From Schleiferiaceae bacterium (GTDB lineage: Bacteria; Bacteroidota; Bacteroidia; Flavobacteriales; Schleiferiaceae), in contig JBNAAX010000001.1 in assembly GCA_049631665.1 (NCBI GenBank), positions 1-63,854 on the forward strand: a DNA stretch of 63,854 nucleotides, in the 5' to 3' direction. Under the pieces are notes generated by a model that made no database searches, was not told the DNA's origin, and saw nothing but the letters and a program-made list of their open reading frames with translations. Below are positions 39,772 to 47,775 of this stretch, in pieces; within the stretch, counting starts at the first letter, position 1; the number at the start of each line of letters is the position of its first letter. The translations under genes and the position numbers were made by a program.

Positions 39772-40790
39772 TAAAAAACGACCTATTCCTTCGCACTCTA
39801 AATGGCGAAAAGACTGAACGTCCACCTGTATGGTTCATGCGCCAAGCCGGTCGCTATCTTCCAGATTACATGGTCCTCAAAGAAAAATACAGCTTCTTTG
39901 AACGCGTACAAAACCCAGACCTAGCTAGGGAAATCACTGTCATGCCGATCGACCAAGTCGGCGTAGACGCCGCCATTCTTTTTTCAGACATCCTAGTCAT
40001 TGCTCAAAGCCTTGGATTGCAAGTCGACATGGTTCCGGGAAAGGGTCCTGTACTCCAAACCGCAACTACGGAAGCAGAGGTAGCCGCATTGAGCGTGGAG
40101 AACACAGAAGATTTCTTCCGCTACGCCACCCCGGCCATCAAAGCGGTAAAAGAAGGTTTGGACAACCGCGTGCCGCTCATCGGATTCGCCGGTTCCCCAT
40201 GGACCCTGCTGTGCTACATGGTTCAAGGACAGGGATCTAAAGACTTTGGTGAAGCGAAGCGTTTCATCCTTAACGAGCCCGAGCGCGCGAAAGTGATGCT
40301 CGAAAAAATCACCGAAGCCACTATTCGCTACCTCCACATTCAGATTGATGCCGGTTGTGATGCAGTGCAAATTTTCGACAGCTGGGGCGGCATGCTCAGC
40401 CCAGCGATGTACGACGAATTCTCGCTTCCATACATGGAGCGTATCACCGAAGCAGTGAAAGACCGAGTACCGGTCATTTTATTCGCAAAAGGCGCATGGT
40501 ACGCCCTTGACAAACTTCACGCTACAGGGGCATCGGCCCTTGGATTGAGCTGGACGACTTCGCCAGACTATGCACGCAAAGTGTGTGGCCCCAGCGCGGT
40601 TTTCCAAGGCAATCTAGACCCGACGACACTCCTAGCCTCCCCAGAAGTTGTGGCTAAAGCAACCAAAAAAATGATAGATTCCTTCGGCGGCGGCAACCAC
40701 ATCGTCAACCTGGGCCACGGCGTCCTACCAACAACCAGTGTAGACAGCGCCAAAGCGTTCGTAGAAACTGCAAAAGCCTACCGCTACTAA
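39768..40790 (+). CDS. hemE: Uroporphyrinogen decarboxylase
   Basis: 340 aa. Signature PPVWFMRQAGRYLPDY, plus GFAGSPWT. Confidence 0.93.
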   Translation: MIKNDLFLRTLNGEKTERPPVWFMRQAGRYLPDYMVLKEKYSFFERVQNPDLAREITVMPIDQVGVDAAILFSDILVIAQSLGLQVDMVPGKGPVLQTATTEAEVAALSVENTEDFFRYATPAIKAVKEGLDNRVPLIGFAGSPWTLLCYMVQGQGSKDFGEAKRFILNEPERAKVMLEKITEATIRYLHIQIDAGCDAVQIFDSWGGMLSPAMYDEFSLPYMERITEAVKDRVPVILFAKGAWYALDKLHATGASALGLSWTTSPDYARKVCGPSAVFQGNLDPTTLLASPEVVAKATKKMIDSFGGGNHIVNLGHGVLPTTSVDSAKAFVETAKAYRY

Positions 40791-41701
40791 TGGAGTTTCG
40801 CCCGAAAAAACGCTTTTTCACCTTCATTCGCGACCTGCAGAACGAAATTTGCAAGGCGTTGGACTCGTTTGAGCCTACGGACCAATTCATCGAAGACCGA
40901 TGGGAACGTACAGAAGGTGGCGGCGGCTGGTCACGCGTTCTAAAAGGCAAAACCTTTGAAAAAGCCGGAGTCAACGTCAGCGAAGTACATGGTCCCGTTC
41001 CAGAGGTCCTCAAAGGCAGCATCCCCGATAGCGCAAAAAATTTCTACGCAACAGGCATCAGCTTGGTCATCCACCCTACGAACCCGATGGTGCCTACCAC
41101 CCATGCAAATTTCCGCTATTTCGAAGTGACCGATGATGGCGGCGCTATTGTCGATCAATGGTTTGGCGGCGGAGCAGACCTCACTCCCTACTACCTCTTT
41201 AAAGAAGATGCCACCCATTTTCACCAAACCCTGAAGCAAGCGTGCGATAACCACCATCCAGATTTCTACGGAGAATTCAAACCTTGGTGCGACCGCTATT
41301 TCTTCAACAGACACCGCAATGAGCACCGCGGGATTGGCGGTGTGTTTTTCGATCATCTACGTCCCGGAGACAAACTTTCTGGCGAAGAACTAGAAGGATT
41401 TCAAATGGAGATAGGTGCTCGTTTTATCGAAGCCTACATGCCTATTGTAGAGAAGCGATTAGAATTGGGCTATACGCCAGCACAAAAAGAATGGCAAGAG
41501 ATACGCCGAGGACGCTACGTAGAATTTAACCTCATTCACGACCGAGGCACCCTTTTCGGGTTAAAAACTGGGGGACGTATTGAAAGCATCTTCATGTCAC
41601 TGCCACCAACTGTACGCTGGGAGTACAACCACCATCCTGAAGCAGGCACCCCCGAAGCAGCACTTATTGAAGCATTGACTACACCTAAAAATTGGGCTTA
41701 A
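40790..41701 (+). CDS. hemF: Oxygen-dependent coproporphyrinogen-III oxidase
   Basis: 303 aa. GGGGWSRV, WFGGGADLTPYY and RRGRYVEFNL. Confidence 0.93.
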   Translation: MEFRPKKRFFTFIRDLQNEICKALDSFEPTDQFIEDRWERTEGGGGWSRVLKGKTFEKAGVNVSEVHGPVPEVLKGSIPDSAKNFYATGISLVIHPTNPMVPTTHANFRYFEVTDDGGAIVDQWFGGGADLTPYYLFKEDATHFHQTLKQACDNHHPDFYGEFKPWCDRYFFNRHRNEHRGIGGVFFDHLRPGDKLSGEELEGFQMEIGARFIEAYMPIVEKRLELGYTPAQKEWQEIRRGRYVEFNLIHDRGTLFGLKTGGRIESIFMSLPPTVRWEYNHHPEAGTPEAALIEALTTPKNWA

Positions 41702-41703
41702 TT

Positions 41704-42705
41704 ATGGCATTTCCACAACAGAGAAAACGCATTAACAGAGCAAGCAGCGCCATCCGAAACCTGGTCGCAGAAACGACCCTACACCCGCACGATTTTATCG
41801 CTCCTCTATTTATTCAGGAAGGCGAGAACGTCAAAACTGAAATCCCTTCGATGCCAGGATATTTCCGCTATTCACTCGACAGGGTGATGGCTGAGATTCA
41901 AGAATTGGTCGAAGTAGGCATCCAAAGTGTCCTGATCTTTGTCAAAGAAGGCGACGATAAAAAGGACAATACGGGCGCCTTTGCGGCCCATCCAAAAGGC
42001 CTCATGCAACAATCCATCCGAGCCATTAAAGCTCAATTCCCTGATCTTCTAGTGATGACCGATGTCGCCCTTGACCCGTATTCAAGCTACGGCCACGACG
42101 GTATTGTGGATATCGAAAAAGGCGAAATTGTAAATGATGCTACGGTGGAAGCCCTAGTTAAAATGGCCTTGAGCCATGTCGAAGCAGGAGCCGATTGGGT
42201 CGCTCCATCAGATATGATGGACGGTAGAATTGGTGCCATAAGAAATGCCTTTAACACCAACGGCTACTCCCACAAGGGCATCCTGGCTTACAGTGCAAAA
42301 TACGCTTCAGCGCTCTATGGACCTTTCCGTGAAGCATTGGATAGCGCCCCGGGATTTGGCGATAAAAAGACCTACCAAATGGACCCGCGCAACCGCAAGG
42401 AAGGCATGGATGAAGCCTACCTTGATGAAACTGAAGGCGCAGATATGCTCATGGTCAAACCTGGCAGCTACTACCTCGACGCAGTACGCGATTTGAGCGA
42501 ATCTTCGAACCTGCCCATTGCCGTCTACCAAGTCTCTGGCGAATATGCAATGATCAAAGCCGCCGCAGAAAAGGGCTGGTTGAACGAGCAAGATATCATG
42601 CTGGAAAGCCTCATCGCCTTCAAACGCGCGAGTGCGAAAATCATCCTGACCTACTTCGCAAAGGAAGCAAGCAAATACCTCATTAAGAACTACCCAAATA
42701 GCTAG
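41704..42705 (+). CDS. hemB: Porphobilinogen synthase (Asp-rich, Zn-independent type)
   Basis: Schiff-base Lys region DMLMVKPG. The metal-site region reads DVALDPYSSYGHDG (Asp-rich rather than the Cys-rich Zn site). I prefer the ATG at 41704 to the TTG at 41692. Confidence 0.93.
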   Translation: MAFPQQRKRINRASSAIRNLVAETTLHPHDFIAPLFIQEGENVKTEIPSMPGYFRYSLDRVMAEIQELVEVGIQSVLIFVKEGDDKKDNTGAFAAHPKGLMQQSIRAIKAQFPDLLVMTDVALDPYSSYGHDGIVDIEKGEIVNDATVEALVKMALSHVEAGADWVAPSDMMDGRIGAIRNAFNTNGYSHKGILAYSAKYASALYGPFREALDSAPGFGDKKTYQMDPRNRKEGMDEAYLDETEGADMLMVKPGSYYLDAVRDLSESSNLPIAVYQVSGEYAMIKAAAEKGWLNEQDIMLESLIAFKRASAKIILTYFAKEASKYLIKNYPNS

Positions 42706-42708
42706 AAT

Positions 42709-43980
42709 ATGTACCCACAAAGCCAACTGCTTTTCGAACGCTCCAAGCGCATCATCCCAGGCGGGGTAAATTCTCCAGTCCGTGCCTTCGGTAGCGTAGG
42801 AGGTACTCCCCTATTCATCCAAAGCGCCAAAGGCAGCCGATTAGTAGATGCGGACGGCCGAGGCTATGTAGACTTTATCAACTCCTGGGGACCCATGATT
42901 TTAGGGCACCAATTCGAGCCCGTTCTTCAAGCGGTCCAAAAACAACTCTCCACTGGAGTGAGCTATGGATGTCCTACAGAAGCTGAACATACCATGGCAT
43001 CGCTCATAACAGAAATGGCACCTTGGGTGGATCAAGTACGCCTTACCTCTTCAGGCACCGAGGCCTGTATGAGTGCCCTTCGCGTGGCACGCGGATATAC
43101 CGGCAAGAACAAATTCATCAAATTCGCCGGGAACTACCACGGCCATGCCGACCCGTTCTTGGTAAAAGCCGGTTCTGGCCTTCTCACCTTCGCGGTTCCG
43201 GGCAGTGCTGGCGTTCCTGAAGGAGCTACCCAAGACACCCTCATCGCTGAATACAACGACCTAGAAAGCGTCGAATCGCATTTCAAAAGAGAGGGCGACC
43301 AAATCGCAGCTATCATCATCGAACCGGTTGCCGGAAACATGGGGTGTATCCCACCACAAAAAGGCTTCTTAGAAGGACTTCGCGCCCTATGTGATCAATA
43401 CGGCGCTGTACTCATTCTAGACGAAGTGATGACCGGTTTTAGACTCGCGCCTGGCGGTGCTGCTGAGCGCTTGGGCATCACTCCTGATATGGTGACTTTC
43501 GGGAAAGTTATCGGCGGTGGTATGCCTGTTGGGGCCTTTGGTGGAAAAGAAGAAATTATGAATGTGCTGGCTCCAAACGGGCCTGTATACCAAGCTGGAA
43601 CTTTGAGCGGCAACCCAATCGCTACCGCAAGTGGTATTGCCACATTAACTTACCTGAAGGAAAACCTTGGAGTCTACGAGAAGATAGATGCGACTACGGC
43701 TAAAATCGAGGGCTTGCTAAGAGAAAGATTTGGCAATGAAGAAGTGGCTATCAATCGTTTGGGAAGTATGATTAGCATTCACTTTGGTACATCTCGGGTG
43801 GCCAATTATACCGATGCTACAAATGCGCAAAACGACCGATTCAATGCCTTGTTCCACCACCTTCTCAAAGCAGGCGTCTACCTTCCCCCGAGTGCCTTCG
43901 AGAGCTGGTTCATTTCGCAGGCAATTGATGACGAAGATCTAGAGCGATTAGCACAAGGGCTGCGCACCTTCGAAGGGTAG
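42709..43980 (+). CDS. hemL: Glutamate-1-semialdehyde 2,1-aminomutase
   Basis: 423 aa. GGVNSPVRAF, LILDEVMTGFR, and PLP-Lys in TFGKVIGGG. Confidence 0.93.
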   Translation: MYPQSQLLFERSKRIIPGGVNSPVRAFGSVGGTPLFIQSAKGSRLVDADGRGYVDFINSWGPMILGHQFEPVLQAVQKQLSTGVSYGCPTEAEHTMASLITEMAPWVDQVRLTSSGTEACMSALRVARGYTGKNKFIKFAGNYHGHADPFLVKAGSGLLTFAVPGSAGVPEGATQDTLIAEYNDLESVESHFKREGDQIAAIIIEPVAGNMGCIPPQKGFLEGLRALCDQYGAVLILDEVMTGFRLAPGGAAERLGITPDMVTFGKVIGGGMPVGAFGGKEEIMNVLAPNGPVYQAGTLSGNPIATASGIATLTYLKENLGVYEKIDATTAKIEGLLRERFGNEEVAINRLGSMISIHFGTSRVANYTDATNAQNDRFNALFHHLLKAGVYLPPSAFESWFISQAIDDEDLERLAQGLRTFEG

Positions 43981-44019
43981 GCTGATGTTTTGCTACCTTT
44001 GAGCAAAATTCAGCGATCC

Positions 44020-44874
44020 ATGATTCAAAGCATGACCGGCTTCGGTAAAGCCATCGGACAAACTTCAGGGAAGAAAATCACCGTAGAGATTCGAAGCCTC
44101 AATAGCAAAGGGCTTGACCTCAATGCACGCATCGCACCCATCTTCCGCGAAAAGGAATTGGACATCCGTAAAATGGTCGGCGCCGCAGTAAAGCGCGGTA
44201 AAGTGGATATCAACATCTACGCTGAAGTAACCGGTATTGAGAGTGCTGCGAACATCAATATGGAGCTCGCCAAAGCCTACCTCGCGCAGCTAGAGGTGCT
44301 TGGACGCGAGACAGACTCTTCTGGGGATCTAATCGCTACTGTGATGCGTATGCCTGATGTAATGGGCAGTTCCAAATATGAGCTTAGCAAAGAAGAGTGG
44401 ACCTTCTTACAAGGCCTCATAGGTGAAGCATTGGAAAAGCTAGAAAGTTTCCGCAAGCAAGAAGGTGATAGCATTGCTAAAGATTACGAAGAACGCCTTG
44501 TAGCCATCGAGGAAAGTATGGCAGGCATTGCACCACATGAAGAGGCACGCTTGGCTGCTGTTCGCGTGCGTTTATTGAAAGGTCTAGAAGGCGTTGAAGT
44601 CGATTCAAACCGCTACGAACAAGAAGTCATCTTCTACATCGAAAAGCTGGATATCAACGAAGAGAAAGTCCGCCTAGCCAACCACTTGAAGTACTTCCGC
44701 GAAACAATGCAGGAAGCGAATAGCGGAAAAAAATTGGGCTTTATCGCGCAGGAAATGGGACGCGAAATCAATACCCTTGGCTCAAAGAGCAACTATGCTC
44801 CTATGCAACAGCACGTCGTTCAGATGAAAGATGAGTTGGAGAAAATCAAAGAACAGGTAGGCAACACACTTTAA
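44020..44874 (+). CDS. yicC: YicC family stress-induced protein
   Basis: N-terminus MIQSMTGFG and C-terminus GREINTLGSK....MQ. I prefer the ATG at 44020 to the TTG at 43990. Confidence 0.8.
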   Translation: MIQSMTGFGKAIGQTSGKKITVEIRSLNSKGLDLNARIAPIFREKELDIRKMVGAAVKRGKVDINIYAEVTGIESAANINMELAKAYLAQLEVLGRETDSSGDLIATVMRMPDVMGSSKYELSKEEWTFLQGLIGEALEKLESFRKQEGDSIAKDYEERLVAIEESMAGIAPHEEARLAAVRVRLLKGLEGVEVDSNRYEQEVIFYIEKLDINEEKVRLANHLKYFRETMQEANSGKKLGFIAQEMGREINTLGSKSNYAPMQQHVVQMKDELEKIKEQVGNTL

Positions 44875-44882
44875 ATTCTGAT

Positions 44883-44897
44883 GCTCCTTGTAGGAGC
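44883..44897. terminator. Short hairpin between convergent genes (weak bidirectional terminator candidate)
   Basis: gctcct (44883-44888), loop tgt, aggagc (44892-44897), then tttta. The stem is only 6 bp. Confidence 0.3.
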
Positions 44898-44909
44898 TTT
44901 TATTAGAGA

Positions 44910-46523
44910 TTAACGGAGTAGGTGAACGGTGGCCGTGGATGCAATGGGCGCTGGTGCATAAGGATTCGCTGCTTCGACAGTAAGGAAATATACCCCAGGT
45001 GCCACGGGACGCCCTTCGAATCTACCGTCCCAAAATTCACCGAGCACGGAACTCTCAAATACCTTCGTTCCCCATCGGCTATAAATAGTTGTCTTTATCC
45101 TATCTGTGCTAGTAGTCTGTAGCACGAGTTCGTCATTTACCCCATCACTGTTGGGCGTAAAGACATTGGGTACTTCGACGGTAGGGAAAAAGGCGATTTG
45201 CTGGCAGATGGAATCTACACAACCCTCCGAAGTGTAGAGGAATGCACATACAGTCTGCGGTTCTGCATCTAAGGCTACGGGACTCCACCCCGATGCCAAT
45301 TGGTTGCCCGTAATATTCCCATCGTTCCAACTCTGGCTGCCCGCTGAAATGAAAATAGAATCTATCCCTTGGGAAAGGACAGCCTCATAATGGGCGCCCA
45401 AACCTATTACCTCATTTGAATTCAATACTTGAACTGCTCCGGAAAATACACTGCCGTCGTTGGCGATGACCAAAGAGTCTAGCTTGCGAGTATGTCCTAC
45501 ACGGATCACTGGTAGTGCGACGCTATCCGTGCACCCTTCGTTGGAAGTGGTCAATAAGTAGCCGTAGTAATTGCCGGAATCGGACAAGCAGTGTGAAAAG
45601 GTCAAAGATGAGTCTACCGTTCCGTCACTGAGCACCCACTGATAGTTCAACAGTCCGCCTGTATCCAGTTGATTTTCTAACTCAAAACACACACGATCAC
45701 AGCCAAAAATACTCGTAGAATCCAAGAGGATCTGCGCTTCACTTTTCGGGGAAATCCACACCGTATCATAGGCTTCACATTCGTAGGTGAAGGAGATATC
45801 GTCAATGCCAAAGTCGTTTCCTGAACCGGGGCCGGCCAGTGTAATCAGGTTTAAGATAGCCGTTCCTGAAGCAGGTGCCGTAAATGTTCTTGACGTTTGT
45901 TGCCAGGTGCCTGTGGAGGTAGGCGTCGAAGCTGCGCCACCGATATTTGTACCTGATAATTTCAGTTGCAGCTGTCCTGCTGGTGATACAAAAGAGAGTG
46001 CCCACCAACGCATAGTCACCTGTGCCCCTGGAGGAAATGTTTTGGTTTGACGCCACAAAATTTTGTTGGTTCCTGTCGCACCATTGACCAACATGTAATT
46101 TCCGGTGCCGGTAGTATGGTCGCCCCAAGAACCAAAGTTCGGATGGACCGAATTTGGGTTAGGGCCCACCGCGTAGGTTCCTTCGTTCCAAATGGATGTA
46201 GCGTTGTAGGTGTAGTTGGTCAAGAAACCTGAGTTTCCCGAAGAGAAATTTCCATTGGTCGCCATCTGCGTGACTTGGCTGCTTCCCTGAACCACCACAT
46301 ATTGTGCCGTGTCCGTCAAAATGATGTAGGGTGAGGCGCATGTGTCGCAACTAAGTGTTGCATCGTGAGACCACTGGTAAGAATTGGACCCAGAAGCAGA
46401 AAGAAAGATGGTGTCTCCGACGCAGGCTTCCAAGGAATCTGACGCCAAGGCTAAGGAGCATTGTGCGCTCAACGGGCCGGCGGTGAAAAGGCCAAACAGT
46501 GCGAATAGTACTTTCTTAATCAC
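44910..46523 (-). CDS. Secreted protein with a T9SS type B C-terminal sorting domain
   Basis: 537 aa. Signal peptide, a Cys-rich N-terminal module, a jelly-roll-like module (NGNFSSGNSGF.TNYTY...GP.P...HP.F...GDHT.G.GNYMLVNG), and C-terminus VPNVFTPNSDGVNDE...IYSRWG..VF....W.G....G..V.PGVYF. Confidence 0.85.
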   Translation of the reverse strand: MIKKVLFALFGLFTAGPLSAQCSLALASDSLEACVGDTIFLSASGSNSYQWSHDATLSCDTCASPYIILTDTAQYVVVQGSSQVTQMATNGNFSSGNSGFLTNYTYNATSIWNEGTYAVGPNPNSVHPNFGSWGDHTTGTGNYMLVNGATGTNKILWRQTKTFPPGAQVTMRWWALSFVSPAGQLQLKLSGTNIGGAASTPTSTGTWQQTSRTFTAPASGTAILNLITLAGPGSGNDFGIDDISFTYECEAYDTVWISPKSEAQILLDSTSIFGCDRVCFELENQLDTGGLLNYQWVLSDGTVDSSLTFSHCLSDSGNYYGYLLTTSNEGCTDSVALPVIRVGHTRKLDSLVIANDGSVFSGAVQVLNSNEVIGLGAHYEAVLSQGIDSIFISAGSQSWNDGNITGNQLASGWSPVALDAEPQTVCAFLYTSEGCVDSICQQIAFFPTVEVPNVFTPNSDGVNDELVLQTTSTDRIKTTIYSRWGTKVFESSVLGEFWDGRFEGRPVAPGVYFLTVEAANPYAPAPIASTATVHLLR

Positions 46524-46573
46524 GACAACAATATACCTCTACTTTTAACCAAAGCCAATTCCTTCATCTCCAC

Positions 46574-46581
46574 TACCTTTG
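46574..46581 (+). promoter_or_regulatory. Bacteroidota -7 promoter box for gmk-nadD
   Basis: Perfect TAnnTTTG (tacctttg), 22 nt upstream of the gmk ATG. Confidence 0.5.
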
Positions 46582-46603
46582 CGGTATCAATTCTGTCAAA
46601 GCA

Positions 46604-47179
46604 ATGAGCGAACAAAACGGAAAATTAGTCATCTTCTCTGCACCCTCTGGTGCAGGAAAATCAACCTTGGTAAACTATCTATTGCCGCAATTTCCAGAGC
46701 TCAGTTTTAGCATTTCGGCGACCTCGCGTTCGCCACGAGGTAGGGAGGAACACGGTAAAGACTATTATTTCTTAAGCAGCGAAGAATTTAAAACTCGTGT
46801 AGCTCAAGACGAGCTCTTGGAATGGGAAGAGGTCTATGCCGGCGCCTATTACGGCACCCTTCGTTCCGAAGTGGAGCGCATTTGGGCGGAAGGAAAAGTG
46901 GTTGTTTTTGATATCGATGTAGTGGGCGCGTTGAACCTGAAAAAGCAGTTTGGCGATCGTGCTTTGGCCCTTTTTGTGCAGGCACCATCAGTAGAGATTT
47001 TAGAACAACGCCTTCGAGGCAGAGGCACAGATAGCGCGGAGAAAATACATCAGCGCGTGGCGAAAGCAACCATTGAGATGGCCCGTGCGCCTGAATTTGA
47101 TAGGGTGGTCGTAAACGATGATCTCGATACCGCCAAGGCAGAGGCGTTAGCCATTCTAAAGAACTTTTTAGGAGCATAA
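46604..47179 (+). CDS. gmk: Guanylate kinase
   Basis: 191 aa. P-loop SAPSGAGKSTL, and TTR-like S.TSR.PR..E..G.DY.F. Confidence 0.93.
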   Translation: MSEQNGKLVIFSAPSGAGKSTLVNYLLPQFPELSFSISATSRSPRGREEHGKDYYFLSSEEFKTRVAQDELLEWEEVYAGAYYGTLRSEVERIWAEGKVVVFDIDVVGALNLKKQFGDRALALFVQAPSVEILEQRLRGRGTDSAEKIHQRVAKATIEMARAPEFDRVVVNDDLDTAKAEALAILKNFLGA

Positions 47180-47772
47180 TGAAGAAGGTAGGTCTGTTTT
47201 TCGGCACCTTCAATCCCATACATATTGGGCACCTTGCCTTGGCCGAGTATTTCCAGAAATACGGGGACCTCGACGAAGTATGGCTGGTGGTCACTCCACA
47301 CAATCCTTTTAAAAAGAAGAGCAATTTGTTGCCCGATCGTGAGCGCTTGCATCTGGTTCATTTAGCGATAGAGGGTCAACAAGGATTACGCGCAAGTGAT
47401 ATCGAATTCAGCTTACCACAGCCAAATTATACCTCGCAAACCCTCACCTACCTGCGCGAGAAATACCCGGAACATCGCTTTAGCATCATCATGGGTGAAG
47501 ACAATCTCAAGTCATTCCATAAGTGGCGCAACTATGAGAGTATCTTGGAGAACCATGAGATTCTCGTCTATCCACGACACCCGCTTCCTGATGAAGCAGC
47601 CACTGAACAACATTGGCAAGTACGCTTTCCAAGCCTGCGTTTGGTAAATGCACCAAAAATGGAAATCAGCGCATCACTCATACGACGCAGTTTTGCCGAA
47701 GGAAAAGCGCTTCGAAACCTTCTTCCAAAAGCGGTTTTTGATTACATTGAGGGGAGCAACCTGTTCCAGTAA
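47179..47772 (+). CDS. nadD: Nicotinate-nucleotide adenylyltransferase
   Basis: 197 aa. GTFNPIHIGH (HxGH) and ISAS.IR. TAATG overlap with gmk. Confidence 0.9.
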   Translation: MKKVGLFFGTFNPIHIGHLALAEYFQKYGDLDEVWLVVTPHNPFKKKSNLLPDRERLHLVHLAIEGQQGLRASDIEFSLPQPNYTSQTLTYLREKYPEHRFSIIMGEDNLKSFHKWRNYESILENHEILVYPRHPLPDEAATEQHWQVRFPSLRLVNAPKMEISASLIRRSFAEGKALRNLLPKAVFDYIEGSNLFQ

Positions 47773-47775
47773 TCC

